Position numbers and translations under genes: made by a program | In this document: positions 1 to 12,130 of the stretch, piece by piece | Layout: every line of letters begins with the position of its first letter | How positions within the stretch are numbered: the first letter of the stretch is position 1 | Notes under the pieces: generated by a model | Seen by the model: the letters and a program-made list of their open reading frames with translations, nothing else | Database searches by the model: none | Told to the model about the DNA's origin: nothing | NCBI GenBank assembly: GCA_036172245.1 | Contig: JAYWIR010000019.1 | Span: forward strand, 620,001 to 684,000 | Direction: 5' to 3' | DNA from: Raillietiella orientalis | Taxonomy: Eukaryota | DNA length: 64,000 nt

Positions 1-1600
1 TCAAGTGTACATGGTGACCAGCAACAGCAGAAGATCGTCCGCGCATGCTGAGGTGGCAGGCTTGCCGGGACATACGCGCGGGTGGAGAGCCAGAGTCTCC
101 CTGTATGCCCTCAGCACCAATTCGAAATAGGTGCTAAAGAGCAGGGGGTTCAGGCTGTCGCCCTGCAGTATGCCGCGTTGCACTGGCACGCCGTTCAAAC
201 CCGGATGTTCCGGGGCATTTATTTCAAGGAAATAAGATTACATTAAAGTGTCGCGTGGCGAACCCGAAGGTTCACCACTCCAAAACAGCTTGCTGGTTGC
301 CGGCTCTATGCCGGAGAGGTCCTTTTGATGCGCGGGGATGGGAAATAAAAAACAAAAAGAAACAAAAAGTTCAAATGTGTGGGGGGAAACAAACATTTGT
401 TTCCCCCCACTGGCACGCCGTACATCGTCTGTCCGCTGAAAAAGATATTGATCAGCGCGTCGCTCCAGCAGGAGCGCAGGTAGGCCATCACAGAGGTCGG
501 GAACAGCATACGACTGCTCCGGGCTAATGAAGCTTTCTGTTATCCTCCCCAGCCGTTCGGCTCACAGTTTCTGTAGCAACTTGGTGTCCGCGTTTACGAC
601 GGTAATCGGCCTCCAGTTACTTATGCTCCGTAGGTCTCCTCCTTTGGGAAGGAGCCGTACCCTTGCCGAAACGAGGCGGGAACGTCGCCTGTTTCGCGTA
701 TCAGCAGGGTCAATTGTTGTATCAGGGAGGTCAGTCCCGCCGCGAAGCACTGGAAAAACTCCGCAGGCAGGCCGTCCTCCCCAGGAGTCTTGCGCCTCTT
801 GAGCTATCCGATGGCGGTGATGATCTCGCCATCGTGAAAGGCTCGTCGAGGCTTCTCCTGCGCTCTCCCCGATAGCTGGAGCATCTTCCGGTCTCAGGAA
901 TCTTGCGAAATCCCAGTCGGGAGGTGCTCTCGCGTACAGGGAGGGGAAGAACTTACGTATGATGCCTCTTACCTGAACGGGAGCCGAGTGTTCCCGGCCC
1001 TCGTCGTCCAGCAAGCTGGTCGACCCGGATTGCCAGGCTTGCCTCTCGGCTCCCGCTTTGAATTCTGCCAGCTTCCGGATATTGGGTGTTCCGCCGTAGC
1101 GACGGGCGCATAGGTACGCCCGCTCGTTACCAACACCGTCTCCGAAGCCTGCAGGTTGGCGATGCAGGGTAAATTGCTCGCAGAACTCTTGGAACGAGCG
1201 CTTGAAGCGGTCTGCAAAGTGAAACCCTGTAGGAACTCGCGGAAGTGTTCCGTGGCTCGTGGGAGGTTCACCCAGTCCCCTGGGAGACGCCACGCATCCG
1301 AGGGGGGAATCGGGAGCGCAGATGGATCTCGAGTACGATGGGGGAATGGTCCGACAGCTCCAGCTCCATCTTGCCTCGTCTGCCCACACGTGAGCAGAGG
1401 TGCTGGTAGAGGAAGACATGGTCGATGCTGGTCTCCATACCCGGCAGGGAGGATGCGGCACTGGTGAAGAATGGATGCTCCCTGTTGATTGGCCAGGATT
1501 GGACGTCGACCTTCGGGGTTCCTCTCCGGTTGTGGGCATGGAGCTGTCCTTTCCTCTCCTCCCCGGGAGGATCCTCCATCGCGTACCATGGAGCTGGTCG
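1..1600 (-). mobile_element. Decayed non-LTR retrotransposon ORF2 (APE endonuclease C-terminus + reverse transcriptase), probably L1/Tx1-like; frameshifted, runs off the window start
   Basis: Minus-strand motifs occur in the correct order. APE C-terminus: 'TSIDHVFL...LSDHSPIVLEI' (~1430-1310). RT start: 'VRLLPKGGDLRSISNWRPITVVNADTKLLQKL' (~660-565). RT core: 'GVPVQRGILQGDSLNPLLFSTYFELVLR' and 'ACADDLLLL' (~195-20). The motifs lie in different frames. Confidence 0.88.
195..407. mobile_element. 213-bp insertion (SINE or 5'-truncated retroposon 3' end) inside the RT, flanked by a 14-bp target-site duplication
   Basis: CACTGGCACGCCGT occurs at 181-194 and 408-421. Removing the insert and one TSD copy rejoins 'FFSGQTMYGVPV' to 'QRGILQGDSLNP' in one frame. 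Confidence 0.8.
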
Positions 1601-2019
1601 ATACCCCCCTCGGGAGTTGCCTGTTAAGAGTGTAAAAATTGCGTCCCTTCGGGGTTCGTCTTCAGAGAAGTAAATAAGGAGCGGCTCCCTTACGGGTTCC
1701 CTCTGGAGAAGAAGTAAGATGTCCCCTCCGGGGAGAACAAGGAAGAGGTTCCCTTCGGGGTTCCCTCTCAAGAGTAAGGGAGGAACGGACTCCTTCACCC
1801 GGAACCTTCCCGGATTCATGGGGTGGTCATCACGCGGGGTACTCCTAACTTGAAGAGCTTCGCGTCCCGCCCCCCTTAGGAAGGCGAACGGTTCTTCAGC
1901 ACCGTTTGCAAACCAAAAAAAAAGAGGAAATCCGAGAAAAAAAAAAAAAACTGAAAGGGAAACAGCGAAACAGAAGAATCCCGAAGGAACCCTATCATCC
2001 TGGTGAACCCCCCCTCTCC

Positions 2020-2215
2020 GTGTATACTTCCCCTTCCCTGCTTTGCGTGTTTATTTTTGTTTGTTTGTTTTCTGTTTCCCTTTCCCCCATGCTGCCAGAG
2101 CGGACCTCTCCGGCCTGAGCACTGCTCTTCGGCAGGTTCCTTGCACTGTGTCCTTTTGTTGCCTTACGTAAGAAATGCCCAGGGGCATAACCGGATGATC
2201 ATTATCCCGGTGAAC
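2020..2215. repeat. Diverged relative of the 195-407 insertion, in opposite orientation
   Basis: GGACCTCTCCGGC (~2101-2113) is the reverse complement of GCCGGAGAGGTCC (310-322). Both copies have the same adjacent TTTG/CAAA-rich tract, and both carry TTCG-loop and CCGG..CCGG hairpins. Confidence 0.45.
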
Positions 2216-3964
2216 AATGAGTAGGCAGCGTCACTCATGTTCATCAACAATGAGAAGGTCGCATCCGGCAGCGATCGATGCTCCATGGCTACGCGATCTA
2301 TAAATAGACCCCTGGCAACAATGAGAAGACAGCGTCCGACGACCAGCAGGGCCCAACCCTGCATGCTGTGGCGACGGCGATGATTTATCTCCGTCAATCA
2401 TCGTGGTCTTTTCGTCACCTCAGGTCTACGCCGAACTCGTCTTGGGAAAATACTCCAGCTTGGATGCCTCTTTATCTGAGGCGCTCCCTCCGGTGGGAAA
2501 GGTGGTAAGTGGGGGAGGGAGGTCGCTTCCTGGGAGCCGTGCTGCAAGGGGGAAGCTGAGGAACGCGCTGCCTGGCTCTCTCTCGTCTTCCCCTGAAGAC
2601 TTTTTCAGGGCCACGGAAGAGATCGGCTGGAGCTCCTCAGCTTACAGACACAGGAGTCAGCATCCTGGCTCTTCGGGAGGCGTGCCGCGCCCGGGAGGCG
2701 GAGAAGTGACTCGTACCGGGGACCCTTCAGACCTCTGCAGACTCAAAGAGGAGACTGCACCCCTCCTTTCATGCCCATCCTGCTCCCGACAAGATGTAGT
2801 GCCCTTTCCAATCTCTTCCTCTCTTTCTCCATCTTGAGGTTCCAGCATCTCAGCAAGTCTCTGGAGGGAATGGAAGGAAGAGCAGTGGGAAGACGGGGAA
2901 GCAGCGGGCGTCCTGCCGCTTCCAAGGTGTGCGGCTGACTATCGTATGCGGTTTGCATCAGGGTGATGAGCCACTGCACAGTGCCAGTGGATCAGGCGAA
3001 CTTGGAGGTCGGGGAAAGAAGCTGGACCTTGTCTGGAGCGGAGAGAACCTCCCTTCCTGCCGTTTCTGGGAGCGAGGAAGCTGCGCTCCAGCATCCTCTC
3101 TCGCGGAGGAGGTGGCGCCGCATATCTCTTCGCTCTTGTCGGCCACTCCTGTTGCCGGAGCGGCCACCCGTTCCGCAGCTCTGAATAACCTCTTTTCGGC
3201 CTCCCCCCATCCTTCCCTCCCCCCTCCTGGACCACGAGAACATCCAGTTGGTTCCTCCCCTGCTTTCCTGGAAGGGACTTTCCCGCCTCGAAAGTCCCTC
3301 CCCCACCCCGTCCTTTACTTTGCCGCCATCCGCTGCTTCCTTCCGTCTATCGGCGTCGCCGCTCTCACCTTCCGCCCCGACTCCAGAATCCTTCTCTTCG
3401 GTCTGGAAACGGCGGTCACGCCCCAGCTGCAGGCTCTCGCGCCAGGTGGACGGAGGAATTGGCCGACCGGGCGACCTCCGCCGACATTAAAAAAAAAAAA
3501 AAAAAAAAAGATGAAAAGAAAAACGCACAAAAAAAGAACAACGGGAGGGGCGGGAACGACGGCACGGTAGAGCCGACGACGACGGCTGCGCGTCGAATCG
3601 CAGCGACCACAACGGAAGTTGCTCTGCGCTCAGGCGTGGCGGCGACTGGAAGATCCAAGTGGATTCCTGTGAGCCCTCCGGCTGCTGTCACCCTCCGCGC
3701 GGGGCGACTCGTTGGGACGTGCATTCACGATCCGTCCTACAACACCCACTGGGGATCTCCAAACTCTTCGCGCCCCTCCCATGACGAGTCTCAAAGGGAA
3801 ATCCGACTTCCGGAGAGGTGGAGGAGCCACCCATTTCCGCCTCGCAGTTCCTCAGCTGAACCCTCCGACCTCGGGGGGAGGTAGACTGCGGCTGCCCTGG
3901 AGGGTTGCTGCAGGGCTTTGAAGCACGTCCACTCTTCCGTCCACATGGCTCTGCAGCTATGGGT

Positions 3965-4285
3965 TTGTCCACCCGTCCGTCTCTGAACGCACCTAACAAT
4001 CCGTCCATCCACTCTTCCGTCTCTACACCCATCTAATCATCCATCCATGCATCCACTCAATAATCAGTGCATGCATGCACGCATCCATTCATTTATCCAT
4101 TGAGCCATCAACTCTTGCATCCAATTATCTATTCATCTATCCATCCTTTTACCCATCCTTATATATTCATGCCATATCTGGCTGTTTATCTACCCTCTGT
4201 CTGTTTGCATATCGGAGCATCTGCATATCTGTATGTACATTTACATCTACACTCTCTCAATCTATCCATATATCCACATGGGTGC
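3965..4285. repeat. Degenerate (CCAT/CTAT)n tetranucleotide microsatellite
   Basis: Visible periodic ccat/ccgt/ctat/gtat units. Confidence 0.8.
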
Positions 4286-5008
4286 GTATGTAATCTGTGC
4301 ACTTCTACACGTATCGGGCTGCACAGCTAGAGGGAAAGAGAGAGGCACGGATGGCAAGTGCCGGTCTGGCGATGACATCGCTGCGAAATTTCGCTCTCGA
4401 TGTGGACGCGATGCATTCCGATGCCGTTCGTGTTTGCGTGCAAAGCGGCGCATGTGAACGCCCACGGCAAGGATTCCCCCCCCCCCATCCTCGTCCACCC
4501 CTCCCCCCTCTTCTCCGTCGCGAAAACGAGAAGGCAGCGGAGTTTCCCGTGAAGTTGGCCCCCTCCTTTTCCTGTGCTTTGTTTCCTTAAAAAACAAAAG
4601 CAAAAAAAAAACTGCACGCACAGAAAAAAAAAGGAAAGGTTGCTATCGACATTCGATGTGATGGTTTTCCCCGAGCGGAAGATGATGAACCTCACCCAAC
4701 ATTTCGGGGCAGAAATGTTATTCTCCGCGTGTCTTGCCGTTCCGTGTACCTTCGTGAAATACAAATACAGGATTTGCGTCATTGCGCAATTCTTTTCAAG
4801 TGTGGCCCGTCGATGCATTTTTTTTCTTCTTCTTCTTCTCTCCCCCCCCCCTCTTTTCACTTCCGCCGCACAGGTTTTGACGGTTGCCGCTGCTGCCTCT
4901 TCCGCGCGCGCGCCGCACGTCACAAGCGGTTTCCACGCAACCTCCTCGAAAGCCGATCCTCTCTGAGAATGAAACAATACATACAGATTTCCGCAAGTGT
5001 GTACTCAA

Positions 5009-5081
5009 GTTTCCGTAGTGTAGTGGTTATCACGTGCGCCTCACACGCGCAAGGTCCCCGGTTCGATCCCGGGCGGAAACA
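5009..5081 (+). tRNA. tRNA-Val-CAC: tRNA-Val (anticodon CAC), intronless, 73 nt
   Basis: GTTTCCG/CGGAAAC acceptor stem with discriminator A. D arm TAGTGTAGTGGTTATCAC. Anticodon arm TGCGC-CTCACAC-GCGCA. T arm CCCGG-TTCGATC-CCGGG. Closely matches metazoan Val-CAC tRNAs as I recall them. Confidence 0.97.
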
Positions 5082-5089
5082 ACTGCTGC

Positions 5090-5096
5090 TTTTTTT
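5090..5096 (+). terminator. RNA polymerase III oligo-T terminator of the tRNA-Val gene
   Basis: T7 run starting 9 nt after the discriminator base. Confidence 0.85.
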
Positions 5097-7049
5097 GACC
5101 CGCTCGTGTAGTGAGCTCACGGGCCGAGCGGCAACACGCGTGGACCCGGGAAGCCAAGAGGCCCCTCGTGCTTTTTGGTTGTGGTGCCCCCCCTCCCACG
5201 CCAGTTTCCCCGCCGCCTCCGCATCCGACTGAACGTCTGCCGGGAATCCCGTGCGTACTGTTTGCCTTCTCTCCCGTTCCTCAACCTCCTTGCCTAATTG
5301 CTGCCTCAGCGAGTGAGCTCTGGATGCAGGGAGGGGGAGAGAGATTCCATCTGGTTTGGAAATCCCCGAGAAGCACAGGTGGCCACCTGTGCAGTCTTCG
5401 CTGCATCCCTTCTTCAGATTTCAGAAGGAGGGGAGGAAGAAAGGAGGAGGATGTCCTTAGAGCATCTCTGTTAACAGAAGCTGCTGAACGTGGCGTCGCG
5501 ATTCGCATCGGCCTGGCCGCGTGGGAGCCGAGGATCAGTTTCCGTGACGACGCGGGACGGCCTCTTCTGCTGCGCGTCTCCGTGGAGACGGAATCAGATG
5601 TCGCTTTGCAGGTTGATTGCTGCGTGGTTCCGCACACGCCCAAGGAAGCAGTGGGTTGCGCCTTGCAGAGAACGGCGGTCGGTCCTGCGATCCGCACCAT
5701 CTCGCGGCGGTTTTCGAAACTTCTTCGACCTGTCACTGCTGCCGCCAGCATCGCATCCGGGCCGGCGGGAAGCCCGCCGTCGTCGAGGAAACGTGCCCGG
5801 CACACACACCGCCCGACGTGTGGCAGGACAGGAGAGTTCTCCCTGCCCACCATCCTCCTCAGCACGGACTACCCCCGAAAGCCCCCGCGAAGTCGTTCCG
5901 AGCGCTCCACCCTTCGGCTCCTGGAAACGCGTAGGGAACGAAGCACACCCAACAGCCCGTTCGACCCGTTGGTCATCCGAATGCGGCCAGCTGCCCACGG
6001 CCTCATGAGAGCATACGCTCCTTACGCTCGCACTGCTTGCGCCTGCGCACTGCAGATGCAGATGGAAACATCGCGGGACCACAGTCGCGGCCCGGTGCAT
6101 GCCGGATGGCTGCATCCACGTCGTCTCCTCAGCGCGCAGGCGCGGCAGAGCGTTTCGTGGACGGGAATGATCTCGCACAGCACAAACTTTTTTCCACCCC
6201 CGGGGCCGTCCCCCAGGCGCCATTATGCTGTCAATCGCTCGGTTCATTAAGTTTTACAGCCTAAGCTGCCCGATGGTTGGCAATCAGCAAAACCTGGAAG
6301 TGATTTTCCCCGAGCGCCTCTTTCTGGCACGTCCGACCTTTTGTTCGTCAGCGGCTGCCAACGTTTTTATTAAGCCTCCCTGAGGGAGGGGCAGGCCTGG
6401 CGATTTTCTCTTCCACCCTCCCTCCTAAGCGCGGAGAAAAATCCTTGAAAGATTGAGGAGACGAAAGAGGCACCTCCCTTCCTGCACGTGACCCTTCCTG
6501 CTACCTACTCGAGGATCGCAAGGGATTTCTCCCCTAGCCTTCGGAAGCGGCTAGGGCTTTCCTGGTCCAAGATCGAGATTTCTAGCGCTTTTCCATCGCC
6601 CGATCGGCGCCAAGTGGTGCCACCTTTCCAGTTTGCGCGCCCCGCGTGCCTGTGACGTGCGGCAGTACGGTGCGGAACGCTCGTGGCGCAGTGTCGGACA
6701 CGCGCGAGCGAGCGAGGAGCTTTCCTTTCTCTGGCGGCCGCGCCGGGTGCCACCGGGCGGTTCTTGGGCACGCGCGAGGCTCTGCCCAGGCGTGCGGAGC
6801 ACCACGACGGACTCCAAAGGTCTCTCGTAAGCCTACGAGAGGCCTTGTGGCCCACAGGCCTCCCCCAGACGACACGACCCTGGGTATCGCGTTCTGCTTT
6901 TGCCCGAGACTCTGCTGTTCATCGGTCCACAGGTGGATACCCTTCGCCGAAGAACTCTGGCACCTCGCTTTAGACTGGCACCATCCTCACGAAAGTGGGG
7001 AGGAGGAATGAAGGAAGGCCATAAGAGGAGGAAGATGCGATGAAGACTA

Positions 7050-10000
7050 GGTTTGATCTCGTCCCCAGGGAGACATAGCAGCATCGCGAGGAAGATGCAG
7101 CAACAACCGTTTACGCTTGACTACTGGACAGGGGCGATCTCGGAGCAATCTTTTTGGACCGCAGCCACGGATGCAGATCCCTCCTTCGCCACGCTCCCAC
7201 CAGGGCTTCCAGAGACCCATGGCAACCGACTCTGCTCGCCTCAACCCGCTCCAGGGTTCACGGCGGGAGGTCAGCAATCGGCCGTCAATGGCGATCCGCT
7301 CTGACACCACGGGTATGCAGCAGATGATGCCGCTTCCTAAAAATAGAGCAAGATCAATAAGTGGGCGGATTCGTTGCCTTGACGCCTCTTGCGCGCTCGA
7401 GGATGAAAGTGAAACACACCTCTCCATACTGTGACGAACCAGCGGACAGCTGCCACGGAGACGTCGCCACGAAGCATCGAGAGCTTCTGCGGACGGGGTG
7501 GAACCACGGAAACGTGGTTCTCTCTCCCGGCAACCGCTTCGATCTCTTCTTCCTCGACACCTGGACCCCTTCCCGGAAACTCGGGACGCGAGCGTTAGAC
7601 CTCCCCTTTCTTCCCTCATCTGCGGTTCATCTCGCCCTCCAGAGACCCAAGCATCGGCTGCGGCGGCGGCGGTGGGTGCCACTCCAAGAATCACCAGCTC
7701 TCCGCATCCGTGCGAATCGGATGAGCAGCGGCGGCCGTGGAAACCGAATCACCAGCGAACGAGGAACGCACCTTCCTCCTCCCTGATGAGCCCAAGGACC
7801 AAACAACTGTAAGTTGCACGAGTCAGGTTGCTACAGGACGGCGGATGCTAACCGGCGCCATCTGCCAGAGGGAGCAGCGTTCGAGGAGGTCTCTTCCTGC
7901 CTCCAGAGCACTCGGATGTTGCTGCACCGCGTCGCGTGCTCGGAGGCGTTCGTGACGACGACGCTCCATCCCGAGTGGAGTAACTTGCACGTCCCTGTGG
8001 CGGTGCCGTCGCCTGGATGCTCCGCAGAGCCAGTGCAAGGGAAGGTGGTCCAGTCCAGTCACCGTGGCCTGCTTCCGCGGTCCACGAGGGAAGGGATGCG
8101 CGCCTTATCCGATCCCTGACGCGCCAGAAAAGGGAACGACAGAGCCGCACGCGCGGGAGGGATGGGGAGGAGGCAGATGGATCCTGAATCCGACTTGTAC
8201 TGGAACCGGTTTGCTGCTCAAAGCACGTGCTCAGTCAAAAAAAAGCGGGCAAAGGCGTAGAACACGGGAACATGATAATTGTGGAAACGAAAGGAAGAGA
8301 GGAAGAGGAGGTAAGGAAAAGGAAGATGCGGAGCTCTCAGCGTCTCCACCCAACGAGAGAGAGCTCTACATCGTTTGGAAAGGACCATCACAAAGAAACA
8401 GCCACAGGTCGCTGCCATTCGCGCCGTTGCTGCAGGCAGTCATCGTGGTCGCAGAGAGACTCCCCAGCAGTGCGCCTCCTGGGAGCATCTCGTAAAATTT
8501 GGCGAGTGGCTTTGCTTCCCGACAATCCGATGCCATTAGTGGAACCTGATCGAGCCCTTTCCCGGTGGTTGTCAGACGACGAATATCATCTTCACGAGAT
8601 GCGGAGCTCTCGGATGAAGGGACGACTCATTAGGACGGCGGCCGAGGTGTGGTGCGTCGGACTGACACTTTTTGGTGCACGGGTAGGTCTTCCCGTCCGA
8701 GCGTGGAAAGCTGCGCCTGCTGCACTGGTAGTCTCTAGGGACCGAAGGGCAGAATTGAGGAGCCAGCAACAAGCTAAGCCTCCTCCCTGCTCCCTGAAGA
8801 TACCCGGCCTTTGGGTGTTCCTGGGGTTCTTTGCTCACCTCCGTCTTAATCACTGGGACAAGGCGGCTGCATGTCGCGCGCAGCTCCCGTGGTTCGGGAA
8901 GAGTACTCTAGAGCCATCCTCTATCCCCACCTCAAGAAGAGCAAGGTGTGGGGATGGACATTCCGTCGCGTGGAGTGCACCAGGATGAGTCGGGCATCGC
9001 CGTCTCGTGGTCGAGTCGCGCACCGCCGACCGTCACGTTCGCTTCTCGCGCTCTCTAAGAGAGGGCGGAGAGCAGGCGCTCCCGTCTGGAGCGTGGTCGA
9101 ATAGACACAGCTCGTCTCCAGGCCCTTTGGAGGCAAATGACGACTGTGTGCTACTGGAGACCCTGTGAAGATGGGGAAGCTGGAGGAAGAGGGTTCCCGC
9201 AGAGTTTCCGCGGCGTCGGGAGGATTGAAGCAGCGGGCGGCAACAGCAAAGAAAGGAGCGTGCTCCTCGGTCGGGTGCATGCCGGATGTCCTGGAAAAAC
9301 GGTTCCTTCCGAAGCGCGAGGAGGCGAAGAGGTGTGAACTTTCTCGAAGCCGCCCTTCGTCATTCTTGAGGTGCCCCGGACTGAGGACTGGAGGCGGGAT
9401 GCTGCAGCTCGCTCAGCACGCGTCTGTCGGCGAGGATCTCGTCGCTGCCTCCCTCCTTTGCGAGCCCTCAGAGACTTCGAAGCCGCGCCGATGGAAGCAG
9501 AACCTGTCCCTCTTTCTCTTCAAACGTCACCCGCCGTCGGCACCGGCAGCGGTGGGCGCTCACGTTCGAGCAGCAGCTTCCGCTCTCTTAAGCTTTCTTA
9601 AGTCACGGAACTTTTCCGGTTCCGGAATCGACCGCTAGATGGTGGGAACGGTGCCGATCGCGAGCCGGCCGCGGGACTGATCCTTCTGGATCCAGCGGTC
9701 TGGTAGGAGGGTACGCGATCTCACGTCCCTCCTCACTGTTACCCCCCGACAGCAATTGCCTTCCTCATAACTCCCTTTCCTCTTCCTGACGGTTGGAGGG
9801 TGTAGACGTGGGGACTGAGATGGCTGCTGTTGCTTTGAGATCCGGAAGGTCACGGGGATGGATGTCATTGCTCCATAGGGGTGTGGTAGGGTAGAGGATG
9901 CGCTCGTCGGATAGGGTGTCCAGTGAACGCCCCACTCTTCTCTCTCGGTCGAATGGACATGATTCATGAAGCAGCGTGGAGGCCATCGTCTCCCTCCCTA

Positions 10001-10110
10001 GGAGTGTTCGCTACGAGCGGTCCGGTTGCTACGCGAGTCACTCACACCATGGGTGCCAGGTAGCGTTGAAGTTTTTACAAGATGCTCCCAGGGTCTCGTT
10101 GCAGAACCTG
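7050..10110 (-). mobile_element. Possible highly decayed LINE remnant
   Basis: Only weak motif echoes, in plausible order on the minus strand: 'NFNATWHPW' (cf. APE GDFNAxHxxW, ~10075-10045), 'LFPNH..RLVPVIK' (~8910-8845), and a Cys-containing 'GICIRGCG..RPCP' tail (~7180-7125). No RT catalytic motif found. Confidence 0.25.
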
Positions 10111-11837
10111 TCAGCAGAGCGAGTTGCCAGCAGATTCTGCTGAGGCGACGGAGGAGCTGGTGGGTCGGGATATCTAAGAGGCTTCCAAAAAGCGGGGAGA
10201 AAGGGAGAAAAAACAGAGAGGCAGAGAGAAAAATGGCACACGACAGCCGAAAACGATGCTCTCGGCTCGCCTACGCTGCGACTCGGAGCCTCGCGTCATC
10301 CCAGCGGGACCCACACGGCAGAGAAGCACGAGCGGGGATGAACGCGTCTCTTATAGTGTGTCGTCAAGGACGCGTCCCTTCGCCAGCGAGAAGGCCGTAT
10401 GGCCAGCGCGCCGTCTCGTCTGCCCCAACGACGGCGGTTCGCAACCCGCACCCGTCGTCCGTCCGCGAGTCGCGTTACGCCGCACCGAGGAGCGCGCGCG
10501 CGCAACCCTTCGCGAGGCTTCGACGCTGCTGGGGGGGGGGGGGAGAGGGGAGATGGATCTTGGTTGCTGTGCGCCTCCTCCTCACCCCCCATCACCCCCA
10601 TCCCTTCGTCGGAAGAGGGGCGTCCTCGAGAGCGGAAGGAAAATGAGAAGAAAAAGAGAGGAGGAAGGTCAAGCCGCAGCTGTGCCCCCCCCTCAAACAC
10701 CCCCCGGCCCCAAAATGCAAAACAAAAAAAAAAAAAACGCTGTGAAGGTCGCCGCCTCCGGTAGCGATGGGAACGAGGAAGTGCGCCGCAGGTGCGTGCA
10801 GCATCCCGCAGGAAGCTGAGTGTGCGCGCGCATTGATGGGGAGACAGAGTTAGAGCGGGTAGACCACCCCCCACTCCTATGGAAAAAAAAAAAGAGAGCA
10901 GGATGGTGGGTCCTTGAAGATCGGCGGCGCTTCGACTCCGGATTGGTTGTCGTGGTTTTAACCCCTCCCCTCCTCCCGTGCACACCTTGCACGGGTCGCT
11001 TGAGTTTGAAGTTTGTCCTCCCCCGAGCAGCAGCAGCCTCAGAGCGCCTTGAACGCCGTCCAAAAGCCGCTCAGGCGGCCCAGGGGAGAGAGCGGAAGTC
11101 TCTGCGTCTTCATCCGCCCCGCCCTGTCGAACCCCCTCTCCGCACGGCCCACGCCGCTCTTTTTCCCTTCAGAGACGGCGAACGACGCAAAACCGCGCGC
11201 TCCGTTTCCCCTGGCAACGGACGCGCCCTCTCCTTCCATCATTCCGTCCCCGGCGGAGGCGTCCGGGCCCGTTGAAGGGCGACGAGATCGAAGGGGAAGG
11301 AGACGAAGATTCAGTGGCGTGCAGAGAGGAACCGACCCCCCTCCCCTCCTATCAGCCTCTTCCTCTGTCCCGTTGGGCCCTCATGACAACCCTTGTGACC
11401 AGCCGCGCCGCAAGACCTACGAAGCACGCCGAGTGCGGAAGGGGGTGAGGTTTGACGGCGTCCTTCCTTTTAACCCTCCCTTCCTCCCCTCTTCCTGACG
11501 CCCTCCCTCCCCCAAACTCCTGACAGAAAAGCGCCCTATGACCTCTGACACGAGACCGTCACCCACGTAGGCAGCACCCTCTCGCGCTGTTTCCTTGGGC
11601 AGGAACTAGGAAAAGAGAGGTGAAATCGTGGAGATCCTGTCGCCATGGGGTACGCGATTTTCGCGGTTCCCTTAGCGACAGGTAAAGGAAGGGAGAGGGA
11701 GGGTGAGGGAACCCTCTCCGGCACGCACCTCGGAGCGGTTCGCAGTCGTTACTGGAAGGAGCGTGGAGGCCCAACTGCGTGCGATCCGTGACCTCGGTCG
11801 CACGTAGTTGGGCCTCCTCGCGAGCCTTCCCCAGGAG

Positions 11838-12130
11838 CCGCAAGCGGATCCTTAGCCTTCTCCCCGGCAACGCGAGGAGAGCTCAGGTGCGTGCGCTCGA
11901 GCCTCCGGAACGTAAGGAGGGAAGATGCCCCCCCCCCCATCCGCAAGGGAGTCCGGTTGAGCGGGACTCTCTGCAGGAGGGGATTGGCAGAAGAGGAGGA
12001 AGGGTCAGCGACTGAGGAGGTCACGGGCAGCCTATCCGCGGGACCAGGTCGCGCGCTTGCCTTCCTCAGGGGGACCGTAGCGCGGATCCTTCCGTAACGT
12101 CACTCCTCACGGACACGCACTAGAGTCTTG
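11838..12130 (+). repeat. Left arm of a ~290-bp inverted repeat
   Basis: Aligns by eye, with scattered substitutions, to the reverse complement of 12935-13228. Shared stretches include GAGCGGGACTCTCTGCAGGAGGGGATTGGCAGAAGAGGAGGAAGGGTCAGCGAC. Confidence 0.9.

Noticed and set aside
2400..3470. Possible ORF1 of the left-end LINE on the minus strand ('WLITLMQTAYDSQPHTL..GRP')
   Set aside because: Position fits, but the similarity is too weak to call by eye.
5280..5480. 'PVLLGDFQTRW' APE-like motif on the minus strand
   Set aside because: Single short motif with no supporting neighbours.
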